Assembly (NCBI GenBank): GCA_031372065.1
Contig: JANMKN010000341.1
Span: 1 to 47,683 of the forward strand
Direction: 5' to 3'
Length of the DNA: 47,683 nucleotides
Source: Abditibacteriaceae bacterium
GTDB taxonomy: Bacteria; Armatimonadota; Abditibacteriia; Abditibacteriales; Abditibacteriaceae
Of the stretch, positions 8,501-17,285 are shown in pieces; position 1 is the first letter of the stretch; each line of letters begins with the position of its first letter. The notes beneath the pieces were generated by a model that saw nothing but the letters and a program-made list of their open reading frames with translations, did not search any database and was not told the DNA's origin. The position numbers and the translations under genes are program-made.

Positions 8501-11400
8501 ATGATGTGGATTATCCTAGTCCTGGGCCAGCTTATCCTGTTGAAACGGCGATAGAAGGTCAACCTCAAACGGTAACTTCTATCAACAGCGTAAACGGTCA
8601 AGCGTTGAGTCTCCGTGTTTTCGATGATGGTCCCATTAGTGCTGGAGGAAATGAACGGCAACAAAATGCCATCGCTGGCGATGGCACTTACTACACGGAA
8701 GGTAGTTTCTCCACTACCGACAATAGTGGCGCACCGTTGACAGGTGATTACTACATTGATCTTTCTGTTGCAGACAATGCTGGTAACACCTTCCTCTACG
8801 ACAATGCCTATGGTTTTTCGACTAAGGCTTTTGCCAAGAACAATAAAGTATTGTTCGTTTCGGACTATACCGTAGGCCAAAGATTTCCCACTTTACTGTC
8901 AGGCTTTGCGCCGCGTAGTTCCATACCAGCAAGACCTGTGGAGAGCTATTTCTTGACAAATCCCGGCGGCACCAGCGCTTTGCAGCCACCGCCCCAAGAC
9001 TTGACAGTTCCAATCCGCCCCATCCCTGACACAACAACGCTTGGTTCACTGAATGCCGATCCCGTGACTGGAGAAAGCGATTTCGTTGATACTTGGCGGA
9101 TACTTTGTCACGGGCCAGTCACGCGTGAGGTGTTGAGTCTTTACAGCCCGCAAATCACTGAGCAATTGCAGCCCAATGTTGATCCCAATAATGATGGCAT
9201 TCCTGGCCCGTATAAGAACACAGATGGCACACCAATTACACGTCAGGCAGCGGTCGCCTCAACTTGTGTTGTTTGGGGTGCCCCTTATACAGGTGATGTA
9301 TTTGCGGTGCCCGGCACGCTTTACGATGGCGCTACCCAACGTGACCTCACAGGGTTTTTAGAAACTGGCGGACGCTTGTTTGTGACTGGGCAGGATGTCG
9401 CTTTTGCGCTGTCCAATAACGGCACAGTAACTAACACCTTTTTAAGCCAAGAACTGAAAACCGCTTACAGGGCTGAAAATTTTGGTGATACAATCAACGG
9501 CAGTAATGACCAGTTGATTGTAAATGGCAATGCTGTGGGCGAAGGACCAGATGGACAACCAATCGAACCTCCCACATTGCTAAACATTCCAGTGGGGCCG
9601 CTTGGTGCCTCCTATGGCGATGCGGCATTTAATCAAGCTGGCATGGATATATTGAACCCGATTGGTGCTGGGACGGGTGAAGTTGTCACGACCCTTTACA
9701 ACTACGCTGGCGGTGGAGTAGCGGGGCAGCGTATTGAAAAAACGCGCGCCAGTGGCCTTGAGTCAAGGTTAGTATTCTTTGGCTTCGGTTATGAGGCAGT
9801 GCATAGAAGTTATCGTTTAGCGAATCAACCTGCGCCTAACTTCAACCGCTGCCGGAACTTCCGGGCTAAGATTTTCTATAACATGACCCGCATTTACTTC
9901 TACACCGGAGGTATTAGCGGGCGAGTTATCAGCGCGGCGACCAACCAGCCAATCCCGAATTTCATCATTGAAATTCCGGGGCCAAATGGACAGCTTTATG
10001 TGGCCGAAACCGACGAAAACGGCGAATACGAAATTTTGGGTATTCCTTTCGGTGGCTATACAGTTCGTCCCTTGCAATACACCGATGTCAACGGAGTCAT
10101 CCGCTCAGGCAATGGCTCTTATTTCCCCGGCCCGGCTCAAGGCGCTTTTGTCCAAGGTGGCTCCATTACTCGGAGTATTGACTTCCGCATCCAACCGGCA
10201 CCTCCAGGGAGCGTCAGCGGGCGGGCGATTAACGATAAAGGCACGGTTAATGTAGCCGATGATGCGACTCCTGCTATAACACCTGCTGTGGGCGTTCCGG
10301 TGCTGATTCGCTCGATTCGCGAATTGCCACCGTCGGCGAGTTTCCCGCAAGGTGGCATCTTTGCCGCGATTACGGTGACCGATGGTGCGGGTAAATTCAC
10401 GATTCGTAATGTGCCCTCGAACGAGGCTTATGAGTTGGTCTTCAATCCGCGTCCGGGCTTTACCAACGCGGTTGATCCAACCAAGCGCGGCGATATACCA
10501 CCGAACAGTGGCGTGGTGTATCCGAATCCTGACCCCACAGCGCCGCCGCAGCCGAACTTGCAGTATGGAAGGCGTATTATTCCGGTTGATCCAAATTACG
10601 GATTGGACTTCGCTCATCCATCTATCCGACAGGTGGCTGACCCCACTGGAACATTGCGACAAGGCTTCTTGGTGGATATTGGCGAAGACTTGAATCTGGG
10701 TGACATTCCGATTCCGCCCGGCACAGGTCCCGGCACAGGCACAGGGGGCGGCACGCCAACCACAACGGATGAATTCCAAATTGGCAGCGTTTACATGATA
10801 TCCATTCCGTATATGGATAGTGCAGGGATATTCGCTGTGACCACTCCTGAAAGAGCCTTCACGCTGCCGCCGATTGATACGGTGACAGGTGCGGTGAATT
10901 ACCGCTTGTCGAAGTTCGATGCGACTAAGCAGCAATATGTCGCTTTAACTAACGGCGCACTGTTGCAACGTGGAGAAGGCTACTTCCTGCGTCCGGTGAC
11001 AAAGCCTGTTAGTCTGCGGCGCCCACCTGACAATCCGCCGCGAGTGGCTTTACCTGCGGTGGTGGACACATTCACTGTTACGCTGCGTCGAAGCGCGAGT
11101 TTGCAGCCGACTGATCCCAACAACGGCTTCAACTTAATCGGTTTTCCGTTCAATCCCAGCGTTTACAAGAGTTCGGATTGGACAGTTGCCAGTGTCTTCG
11201 TGCCTGCCACTGGTGCGCGTTATAATTCGCTGACGGCTGCTGCTGCTGCTGGCGTCGTGAGTAGCACGCTATTCACACTCGGCGACGCGACTGGCTCGAA
11301 TTATGTGACTACCACCAAATTGACGCCCTTCAAGGGTTACTTCGCCAAGACTTACATAGATAACGTGCAGGTGACTATGGTTGCCAGCACCCAGCCGTAA
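5578..11400 (+). CDS. Giant secreted or surface multi-domain protein: PD40/TolB-like propeller, calcium-blade (DxxGDG) propeller, Ig-like/carboxypeptidase-regulatory-like domains, C-terminal domain
   Basis: Hydrophobic signal segment (LVLMLLMMAALSGSSWWALA). PD40-like motifs (HPSWSPDGNRLVY, DPAWGP, FFSSNR, AFESNR). Four GPD-x-(T/N)GDG-xx-DLYV repeats. FDDG...AGDGTYY motif. GGISGRV..TDENGEYEI and GSVSGR..TDGAGKFTI domains. C-terminal GEGYFL / GFNLIGFPF / LTPFKGYFA. Confidence 0.75.
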   Translation: MFSFSLDHKDQQQTDLTQRVRTGHKSAWRAASARSNPRSAFVEPRFAVKLVLMLLMMAALSGSSWWALAQRDNAGGRAPLSLRDLPNLMVQYGRQRQLQATSGVKSNSTTQAKATVTASGATKAPGITKAVTTKNFSLTEVDLTSGNISDEREPSVRPSGDFIAFASNGVDLVNNTTLAAGADGKIDANNKGTQYHIWIMRRDGTGQRQVTGFSIDTSRDQRHPSWSPDGNRLVYVDGSGTAAQLFFTSPFTVDPLTGKPPLQQVTFFLGQKRDPAWGPAGTIAFATNVVASQNGTVTPTPNDNYDIFSIDSAGNLVTLRRLTGGPNDVVGDSTDDWKPSFSLLNVGVLFFSSNRDRTGPLAAGRRIWSMGAVDGQFKRQITDPTSQVGGAASDIDDSPTSSLAQNFTVAGQAVQFTERLAFESNRLIDVTDTTRDNNIWSLPISSAALAPPPTPPAAALTVASFNSDQVRDYDSTTGTFRRDFTGGLLNSPEDVLYGPDITGDGFQDLYVANRNRNIFGTIEVFNGVTGVFAQTLVTGTGPTGNGLDQPTGMAIGPNGGLFVASSGNTTVYRVTVPGGFLFPFTTGGAITGGIEGITFGPDANGDGFSDLYVAATFDNQIAVFSGLSGAFLYNFVDNTSGGNLTFPTGIAFGPDRNGDSVADLYVATGGINDAIKIYAGPTAATAGTPTTFLSDLVTNLADPTLNGPERLTFGTDVTGDGIPEVYVSVFGFGFGSLRVNRYDGATGAALPAAGQLGSAFILDPLLSGASGLAFNPIADGSYSPPSANAAPIEDATNPAVLETNLLSSPTGVTNAVFTGATEDKSADREPSFARSNATSATVAQVVFASQRRTAAAPSNDPANPAPPVVNPGGGNEFTVSIPPRPTNATHDIWTTTVQDFTPPVLIPVAVGGQLYPALAPGVQAPFTAPRTAEEGLSPGSKVTIAFVLQDLESGLASASVVFKDADRPTYSTSLDDVDYPSPGPAYPVETAIEGQPQTVTSINSVNGQALSLRVFDDGPISAGGNERQQNAIAGDGTYYTEGSFSTTDNSGAPLTGDYYIDLSVADNAGNTFLYDNAYGFSTKAFAKNNKVLFVSDYTVGQRFPTLLSGFAPRSSIPARPVESYFLTNPGGTSALQPPPQDLTVPIRPIPDTTTLGSLNADPVTGESDFVDTWRILCHGPVTREVLSLYSPQITEQLQPNVDPNNDGIPGPYKNTDGTPITRQAAVASTCVVWGAPYTGDVFAVPGTLYDGATQRDLTGFLETGGRLFVTGQDVAFALSNNGTVTNTFLSQELKTAYRAENFGDTINGSNDQLIVNGNAVGEGPDGQPIEPPTLLNIPVGPLGASYGDAAFNQAGMDILNPIGAGTGEVVTTLYNYAGGGVAGQRIEKTRASGLESRLVFFGFGYEAVHRSYRLANQPAPNFNRCRNFRAKIFYNMTRIYFYTGGISGRVISAATNQPIPNFIIEIPGPNGQLYVAETDENGEYEILGIPFGGYTVRPLQYTDVNGVIRSGNGSYFPGPAQGAFVQGGSITRSIDFRIQPAPPGSVSGRAINDKGTVNVADDATPAITPAVGVPVLIRSIRELPPSASFPQGGIFAAITVTDGAGKFTIRNVPSNEAYELVFNPRPGFTNAVDPTKRGDIPPNSGVVYPNPDPTAPPQPNLQYGRRIIPVDPNYGLDFAHPSIRQVADPTGTLRQGFLVDIGEDLNLGDIPIPPGTGPGTGTGGGTPTTTDEFQIGSVYMISIPYMDSAGIFAVTTPERAFTLPPIDTVTGAVNYRLSKFDATKQQYVALTNGALLQRGEGYFLRPVTKPVSLRRPPDNPPRVALPAVVDTFTVTLRRSASLQPTDPNNGFNLIGFPFNPSVYKSSDWTVASVFVPATGARYNSLTAAAAAGVVSSTLFTLGDATGSNYVTTTKLTPFKGYFAKTYIDNVQVTMVASTQP

Positions 11401-11409
11401 AAAGCGAAG

Positions 11410-11454
11410 AAAACAAAGACCGGCAGCGATTCAATCGCTGCCGGTCTTTGTTTT
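11410..11454. terminator. Perfect palindrome, probable terminator
   Basis: aaaacaaagaccggcagcgatt-c-aatcgctgccggtctttgtttt directly after the stop codon at 11400. Confidence 0.85.
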
Positions 11455-11470
11455 GCCCCTGCACGTTGCT

Positions 11471-12151
11471 ATGCCCGCTAAATCGCAAGAAAAAATTCCT
11501 TTCAACATTGAAGCCGCACTTTCTGCCGTTGAAACAGCCATTGAAATGTTTCCTAAAGCGGCGCTTTTTGAATTGGCCGCTGAAGGCTACAATTCGGTTT
11601 TCGAGCAATTAATCGCGTGCATTATTTCGATTCGCACCTACGACGAAACCATGCTGCCCGCAGCGCGCCGCCTTTTTCAAAAAGCGCGCACGCCGCAGCA
11701 AATGCTGGAACTTTCGATTATGGAAATAGATGCTTTAATCGCCGATTGCACGTTTCATGAGCCGAAAGCCAAAACGATTCAGGACATTGCCAAGCGCGCT
11801 GTCGAAGAATTTGGCGGCGCTTTACCCTGCGATGAAGAAGTCATTTTATCTTTACACGGCGTCGGCCCGAAATGCGCGAATTTAGTGCTGGGCATCGCCT
11901 GCGATATGCCGAAAATCGGCGTTGATATTCATGTGCATCGCGTCACCAATCGGTGGAAACCTTTGAGCGCAAAAACACCGGAGGCAACATTAAAAATTCT
12001 GGAAGAATGGTTGCCTAAAAAACATTGGGTAGATATAAATCGCTTGCTTGTGCCTTTTGGAAAACATATTTGCACAGGCAAACTGCCGAAGTGTTCCACT
12101 TGTCCAATGGAAGCGATGTGCCAGCAAGTGGGAGTCGAAAAACATCGTTAG
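11471..12151 (+). CDS. nth: Endonuclease III (HhH-GPD DNA glycosylase with 4Fe-4S cluster)
   Basis: LHGVGPKCANLVL, VDIHVHRVTNR and C-x6-C-x2-C-x5-C (CTGKLPKCSTCPMEAMC). Start moved to ATG 11471 because the longer ORF runs through the terminator. Confidence 0.92.
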   Translation: MPAKSQEKIPFNIEAALSAVETAIEMFPKAALFELAAEGYNSVFEQLIACIISIRTYDETMLPAARRLFQKARTPQQMLELSIMEIDALIADCTFHEPKAKTIQDIAKRAVEEFGGALPCDEEVILSLHGVGPKCANLVLGIACDMPKIGVDIHVHRVTNRWKPLSAKTPEATLKILEEWLPKKHWVDINRLLVPFGKHICTGKLPKCSTCPMEAMCQQVGVEKHR

Positions 12152-12167
12152 ATTGGAAAGGAAAATT

Positions 12168-12929
12168 ATGGCGCGCCCATTGGAAGAACACGCGGCAGAG
12201 CTACACGAACAAGGTTACACCATCGTCGAAAACGTGTTGGACAAGGCCGAAATCGAGGCTGCGAACGCCGTTTTAGATGCGATTTTCGAGCGCGAAAAAG
12301 AAATCGGGCCAAAGCGCAACTGGCATAACGGCACTTATAAAGTCGCTTATATGCTGCCGCAAAAAGCCTCCCTGTTTTTAGAATTTTGCTTCAACCCGCG
12401 CGTGTTGCCGCTCATGCAAATGCTGCTCGGCGAACGCTGCGTTTTGGGCAGTTTGAACGGTCTTTCGATGACGCCGGGCGGCCAGGGGCAAAGTTTGCAC
12501 CTCGATCAAGATGAAACTGTGCCCGGTGCGGTGCTTTATATCAACGCGCTGCATACTTTGGATGATTTCACGCGCGAAAACGGCTGCACGCGCGTCGTTC
12601 GGGGTAGTCAAAACCGCGTTTTTCCGCGTGGCGCAGAGCGCGAAACTATCGAATCCGAAGCGGTTTATTTGGAAGCCCCGGCGGGTAGCTTAATCGCGTT
12701 TAACGGCGGCTTGTGGCACGCGGGAAGTCAGAATAAAACCGACAAACCGCGCCGCGCCATCCACGCGTTTTATCATCGCGCTTGGCTGCGCCCGCAGTGG
12801 GATTATCCGCGCAGTTTATCGCCCGAAGTGGTCGAAACCATGACCGACGAGCAAAAACGGCTCTTTGGTTTTTATGCGCGCCCGCAGTGGTATGACTGGC
12901 AAAGCGACGAAGTAAAAGCTGCTGTGTAA
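12168..12929 (+). CDS. Phytanoyl-CoA dioxygenase (PhyH)-family Fe(II)/2-oxoglutarate dioxygenase
   Basis: GYTIVENVL, HxD (LHLDQD), LDDFTRENGCTRVVRGS, WHAGSQN...RR. ATG 12168 follows GAAAGGA. Confidence 0.85.
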   Translation: MARPLEEHAAELHEQGYTIVENVLDKAEIEAANAVLDAIFEREKEIGPKRNWHNGTYKVAYMLPQKASLFLEFCFNPRVLPLMQMLLGERCVLGSLNGLSMTPGGQGQSLHLDQDETVPGAVLYINALHTLDDFTRENGCTRVVRGSQNRVFPRGAERETIESEAVYLEAPAGSLIAFNGGLWHAGSQNKTDKPRRAIHAFYHRAWLRPQWDYPRSLSPEVVETMTDEQKRLFGFYARPQWYDWQSDEVKAAV

Positions 12930-13019
12930 GAAGCCGTTTGTCCGCGACTTCTGAGACTGCGAGGGCCGGAAATGCTCCAAAAACACGCTCAATGGGCCAA
13001 AAACAGTGCGTTTTTCGCC

Positions 13020-13249
13020 GGAAACCCATCGGCGTTCGGTAATTGCCGCTTGGTTTTCAGCGATTGTTGATCGGCTTTTGCCGATTGCCGATGGCCTTTC
13101 AGCGATGTTGATCGGCTTTCGGCGATTGCCGATGGCCTTTTGGCGATTGCCGATGGGCTTTCGGCGATTGTTCATCGGCTTTTGGTGAGTGCCGATGGCC
13201 TTTTGGCGGTTGTAAAGCGGCTTTTTATGATTGCCGCTCGGCTTTTGGC
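13020..13249. repeat. Degenerate 21-bp tandem repeat, about 11 units, one of them 20 bp
   Basis: Consensus near gattgccgatggccttttggc. Unit starts at 13020, 13041, 13062, 13083, 13104 (20 nt), 13124, 13145, 13166, 13187, 13208, 13229. Confidence 0.92.
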
Positions 13250-13401
13250 CCGTTTGGGCATCTGTTTGAGGCATTATCGCAAGGTTTTTCGCCTTACCGG
13301 GCTAAGGTTCGGAACTTTGCCAACAGATTCTTCTGATTGTCTGAAATTTTTGTAGCGCGCGTTCGGGTTCAATGATAAACCCCGTATGACTTCACCATTG
13401 C

Positions 13402-14268
13402 ATGAAACCCCATTCGATTATTCTCGACACCGACATCGGCGACGATGTTGATGATGCTTTAGCCCTTGCCATCACGCTCAACTCGCCGGAAATTGAATTG
13501 CTCGGCGTGACAACGGTTTTTCGGGATGCGCCGCGCCGCGCGCTGCTTGCGCAGCAGATTTTGGGTTTGTTTGAGCGCGAGGTTCCCGTGCGCGCCGGTT
13601 GCTCGAAGCCGCTGATTTTATCATGGGACGAACTGCCCGGCGGCGCCACTTTGGGCAAGCAATTCGAGGCGCTGGATGCTTCTTTGCGCTACGAAGAAAA
13701 ACAGCACGCCGTTGATTTCATTATCGAAACGGCGCAAAATTTCAGCGCTGAAAATCCGCTTATCCTTTGCCCGATTGGGCCGCTGACTAATATCGCTTTG
13801 CTGCTCGCCAAAGCGCCCGAAGTTATGCCGCAAATTCGCATCGTTTTGATGGGCGGCTGGTGGAGCGAAGCAAACGCCGAATGGAACATCAAATGCGACC
13901 CCGAAGCGGCGGCTATGGTTTTCCATTCCGGCGCGAATATCACGATGGTGGGCATTGACGTGACGAAAAAATGCGTGCTAACCGAGGAGCAAGTGGAGCA
14001 ATTTCAAGAAGCGGGCACGCCGCGCGCCCGCTTTCTTCATGACCTCATCAAATTGTGGAAACACAAAGTGACGCTGCACGACCCGCTGACGCTTTTGACG
14101 TTGTTCGACGACTGCGTGCAATTTGAAGACAAGCACATCAAAGTGGAATTATGCGGCGAGAAGCGCGGCTGCACCGTAGAAACCGAAGGCGCACCCAACT
14201 GCCGCGTCGCTGTAACTGTGGACGTTGACCGCGCCGTGAATTTATTTATGGAAAGGGCATTGAAGTAG
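13402..14268 (+). CDS. Inosine/uridine-preferring nucleoside hydrolase
   Basis: ILDTDIGDDVDDALAL, GPLTNIA, EWNIKCDPEAA, LHDP. Confidence 0.92.
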   Translation: MKPHSIILDTDIGDDVDDALALAITLNSPEIELLGVTTVFRDAPRRALLAQQILGLFEREVPVRAGCSKPLILSWDELPGGATLGKQFEALDASLRYEEKQHAVDFIIETAQNFSAENPLILCPIGPLTNIALLLAKAPEVMPQIRIVLMGGWWSEANAEWNIKCDPEAAAMVFHSGANITMVGIDVTKKCVLTEEQVEQFQEAGTPRARFLHDLIKLWKHKVTLHDPLTLLTLFDDCVQFEDKHIKVELCGEKRGCTVETEGAPNCRVAVTVDVDRAVNLFMERALK

Positions 14269-14332
14269 TTTTGCGTTATGGGTTTTGAGGTGAATCTCGA
14301 AATCCTGAACTCAAAACTCACAACGCAAAACT
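14267..14332. repeat. Heptamer-built palindromic intergenic element (GTTTTGA/TCAAAAC)
   Basis: agttttgcgttatgggttttgag (14267-14289) pairs with ctcaaaactcacaacgcaaaact (14310-14332) with two deviations. Confidence 0.75.
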
Positions 14333-14333
14333 C

Positions 14334-16313
14334 ATGACTCAAAAGTTAAAATGGGGCCTTCTGGCCTCCGGGCGAATTGCGAATTCGTTTGCCAAAGGCG
14401 TTTTGGCCTCGCAAAGCGGACAATTAGTGGCTGTTGGCAGCCGCTCGCAAGAGAAAGCCGATGAATTCGCCGAAAAATACGAGATTCCCAACCGTCACGG
14501 CAGCTATGAAGCGCTACTTGCCGATCCCGAAGTGGACGCGGTTTACATTTCGACGCCGCATCCCGGACACGCGGAATGGGCCATCAAAGCCGCCGAAGCG
14601 GGCAAACATATTTTGTGCGAAAAGCCAATTACCATGAACGCCAGCCAAACGATGGCGCTTATCGAAGCGGCGCGGCAAAACGATGTGTTCTTGATGGAAG
14701 CGTTTATGTATCGCTGCCATCCGCAAACCGAAAAACTGCGCGAACTGCTGCGCGAAAAAGCCATCGGCGATGTGCGCCTCATTCAAGCGACGTTTTCCTT
14801 CAACGGTGGCCCGAACTACGAAGGGCGACTCTTGCGCAACGACCTTGGCGGCGGCGGCATTTTGGATGTTGGCTGCTACGCCGCTTCGATGGCGCGTTTG
14901 GTGGCTGGTCATGCTTTGGGCCGACTTTTCGCAGACCCGATTTCTGTTTCGGGTGCCGGTCATTTGGGCCGCGAACGCACCGACGAATGGGCCATTGCCG
15001 ACCTGAAATTTGAAAACGACATCGTGGCGCAATTATCAACCGGCGTGCAACTCAATCAAGATAACTCGGTTCGCATTTACGGCAGCGATGGTTGGATTCA
15101 CATTCCTTCGCCGTGGTTTTGCGGCGGCGAAGACGGCGGCAAAATTATCTTGCACAAAGGCAATGAACCGCAGGAATTCACTACCGAAGCTGGCAATTTA
15201 TATGCGTGGGAAGCTGATGCCGTAGCCGCCAACATCGAAAAGCGCGCCGCGCCGCAAATGTCGCCCGAAGACACGCTGGGCAACATGAAAACGCTCGACC
15301 AATGGCGCAAAGCCATTGGCCTCGTTTACGACGAAGAAAAATCCGAAAACTACACGCGCACCGTGACCAATCGTGAACTTTCGCATAAATCCGGCCACAA
15401 AATGAAATATGGCCGCATCGCGCATTTGGAGAAAGATGTCTCGCGTTTGGTTTTCGGCTGCGATAATCAGCCCAATATGGCGCACGCTTCGGTGGTGTGG
15501 GACGACTTTTTTGAAAATGGCGGCAACGCTTTCGATACCGGTCATATTTATGGCGGCGGTTTGATGGAAAAACTGCTCGGCCAGTGGATTAAGAACCATA
15601 ACATCCGCGACCAAGTGGCGGTTATCGTCAAAGGCGCGCACTCGCCGCATTGCAACCCGCAAGACTTGACCAAGCAATTGCACATCAGCCTTGACCGCTT
15701 GCAATTCGACCACGCCGACATTTATTTCATGCACCGCGACAACCCGGATATTCCCGTCGCGGATTTCATCGAAGAACTGAATATGCACGTTAAAGAAGGC
15801 CGCATCAAAGCCTTTGGCGGCTCGAACTGGAGCCTCCATCGTGTGCAGGAGGCCAATGATTACGCCGTCAGCAAAGGTTTGCAAGGCTTTTCCGGCGTGA
15901 GCAATAATTTCAGCCTCGCGCGCATGGTTGATCCGGTGTGGGGCGGCTGCATTCACTCGTCCGATGCCGCTTCGCGCGCATGGTTTGAGCAAACGCAACT
16001 CGCTTTGATGCCGTGGAGCAGCCAAGCGCGTGGTTTTTTCGTGCGCGGCGATAGAAACTTCACAGGCGACGAAGAATTAACGCGCTGCTGGTATGCCGAT
16101 GACAATTTCGCGCGCTTGGAACGCGTGCAGCAAATGTCCAAAGAGCGCGGTTGGTCACCGATTAACATCGCGCTGGCTTACATTCTTAACCAGCCGTTCC
16201 CCACCTTCCCGCTCATCGGCCCGCGCACCATCGGCGAAACGCACAGTTCCTTTGGCGGCCTCGACATCGAACTTTCGCCCGATGAATTAAAGTGGCTGAA
16301 TTTGGAAGATTGA
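14334..16313 (+). CDS. Gfo/Idh/MocA oxidoreductase fused to an aldo/keto reductase domain
   Basis: N-terminal KWGLLASGRIA, HILCEKP, GGGILDVGCY. C-terminal FDTGHIYG, SLDRLQFDHADIYFMHRD, FGGSNW, WSSQARG, PLIGPR. Confidence 0.9.
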   Translation: MTQKLKWGLLASGRIANSFAKGVLASQSGQLVAVGSRSQEKADEFAEKYEIPNRHGSYEALLADPEVDAVYISTPHPGHAEWAIKAAEAGKHILCEKPITMNASQTMALIEAARQNDVFLMEAFMYRCHPQTEKLRELLREKAIGDVRLIQATFSFNGGPNYEGRLLRNDLGGGGILDVGCYAASMARLVAGHALGRLFADPISVSGAGHLGRERTDEWAIADLKFENDIVAQLSTGVQLNQDNSVRIYGSDGWIHIPSPWFCGGEDGGKIILHKGNEPQEFTTEAGNLYAWEADAVAANIEKRAAPQMSPEDTLGNMKTLDQWRKAIGLVYDEEKSENYTRTVTNRELSHKSGHKMKYGRIAHLEKDVSRLVFGCDNQPNMAHASVVWDDFFENGGNAFDTGHIYGGGLMEKLLGQWIKNHNIRDQVAVIVKGAHSPHCNPQDLTKQLHISLDRLQFDHADIYFMHRDNPDIPVADFIEELNMHVKEGRIKAFGGSNWSLHRVQEANDYAVSKGLQGFSGVSNNFSLARMVDPVWGGCIHSSDAASRAWFEQTQLALMPWSSQARGFFVRGDRNFTGDEELTRCWYADDNFARLERVQQMSKERGWSPINIALAYILNQPFPTFPLIGPRTIGETHSSFGGLDIELSPDELKWLNLED

Positions 16314-16330
16314 GACAAGATGCTGGATGT

Positions 16331-16370
16331 AACCAAAAGGCGTGTGATAATTCACACGTTTTTTGGTTTT
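16331..16370. terminator. Hairpin, probable terminator, between the oxidoreductase and the methyltransferase
   Basis: aaccaaaaggcgtgtga-taat-tcacacgttttttggtt followed by T's. Confidence 0.65.
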
Positions 16371-16391
16371 TCTGCGCTAAAATGAAATGTG

Positions 16392-17264
16392 ATGTCTGAA
16401 ACGACTTTAGTAAATGGCTCAAAGCCAAATGTTTTATGGCGTAATTCGCTTTTGGCTGGCGATTGTGCGGCGATTTTGCCAAAGCTGCCGGATGAAAGTG
16501 TGAATCTCATTGTCACTTCGCCGCCTTACGCCGATTCGCGCAAAAGCGCGTATGGTGGCATGCATCCCGATGATTACGTCGAGTGGTTTTTGCCGATAAC
16601 GCATGAACTGCGGCGTGTGTTGACAAAAGATGGCTCCTTCGTTTTGAACATCAAAGAAAAAGTGGTGGACGGGCAGCGTCATACTTACGTTCTCGAACTC
16701 ATCTTGGCAATGAAAAAGCAAGGGTGGCTTTGGACGGAAGAATATATGTGGCACAAGAAAAATTGCGCGCCCGGCAAATGGCCCAATCGCTTTCGGGATT
16801 CGTGGGAGCGTTGCTTGCATTTCACACGGGAAAAAAAGTTCAAGATGAATCAGGAAGCGGTTATGGTGCCAACCGGTGATTGGGCCAAAGCGCGCTTGAA
16901 AAATCTTTCGGAAACCGATCAGCGCCGCGATAATTCCCGCGTGGGCAGTGGCTTCGGAAAAAACGTTTCCAATTGGGTTGGGCGCGACATGGCTTACCCG
17001 ACAAATGTTTTACACCTTGCCACCGAATGCTCCAACAAATCGCATGCAGCGGCTTTTCCGCGCGAAGTGCCAGCATGGTTTATTAAGCTGTTTTCCGACT
17101 CCGGCGATTTGGTTCTTGACCCTTTTGCCGGTTCGGGCACCACGCTTTTAGCCGCGCGCGAATGGGAGCGCGATTACTGCGGCATTGAACTTAAAGAAGA
17201 ATATTTTCAAATCGCGCTTGATAGCCTCAACACCGCGCCGCCTGTGCTTTTTGTGGGTGCATAA
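16392..17264 (+). CDS. Site-specific DNA methyltransferase, beta class (N4-cytosine/N6-adenine family), apparently orphan
   Basis: Catalytic motif IV VTSPPY precedes SAM-binding motif I VLDPFAGSGTT; HAAAFP is also present. SPPY suggests m4C. Start ATG 16392 (GTG 16389 is possible). Confidence 0.93.
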   Translation: MSETTLVNGSKPNVLWRNSLLAGDCAAILPKLPDESVNLIVTSPPYADSRKSAYGGMHPDDYVEWFLPITHELRRVLTKDGSFVLNIKEKVVDGQRHTYVLELILAMKKQGWLWTEEYMWHKKNCAPGKWPNRFRDSWERCLHFTREKKFKMNQEAVMVPTGDWAKARLKNLSETDQRRDNSRVGSGFGKNVSNWVGRDMAYPTNVLHLATECSNKSHAAAFPREVPAWFIKLFSDSGDLVLDPFAGSGTTLLAAREWERDYCGIELKEEYFQIALDSLNTAPPVLFVGA

Positions 17265-17285
17265 GCGAGGTTTTAGGATGTTTTA

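Noticed and set aside
13020..13249. 21-bp arrays (also 2839 and 31670) as CRISPR arrays
   Set aside because: The units are contiguous with no unique spacers.
12816..13274. 152-aa minus-strand ORF and overlapping + strand ORFs across the 21-bp array
   Set aside because: Products of the repeat. The 20-nt unit changes the repeat frame mid-ORF, and the ORF overlaps the PhyH gene.
16380..16390. Match of spacer 2 positions 1-8 and 10-11 to the minus strand just upstream of the MTase start (ACATTTCAtTT), overlapping a possible TAAAAT -10 box
   Set aside because: Attractive as a self-regulatory target, but a 10/11 match in AT-rich DNA is plausible by chance and pairing does not extend. Not supportable without knowing the PAM.
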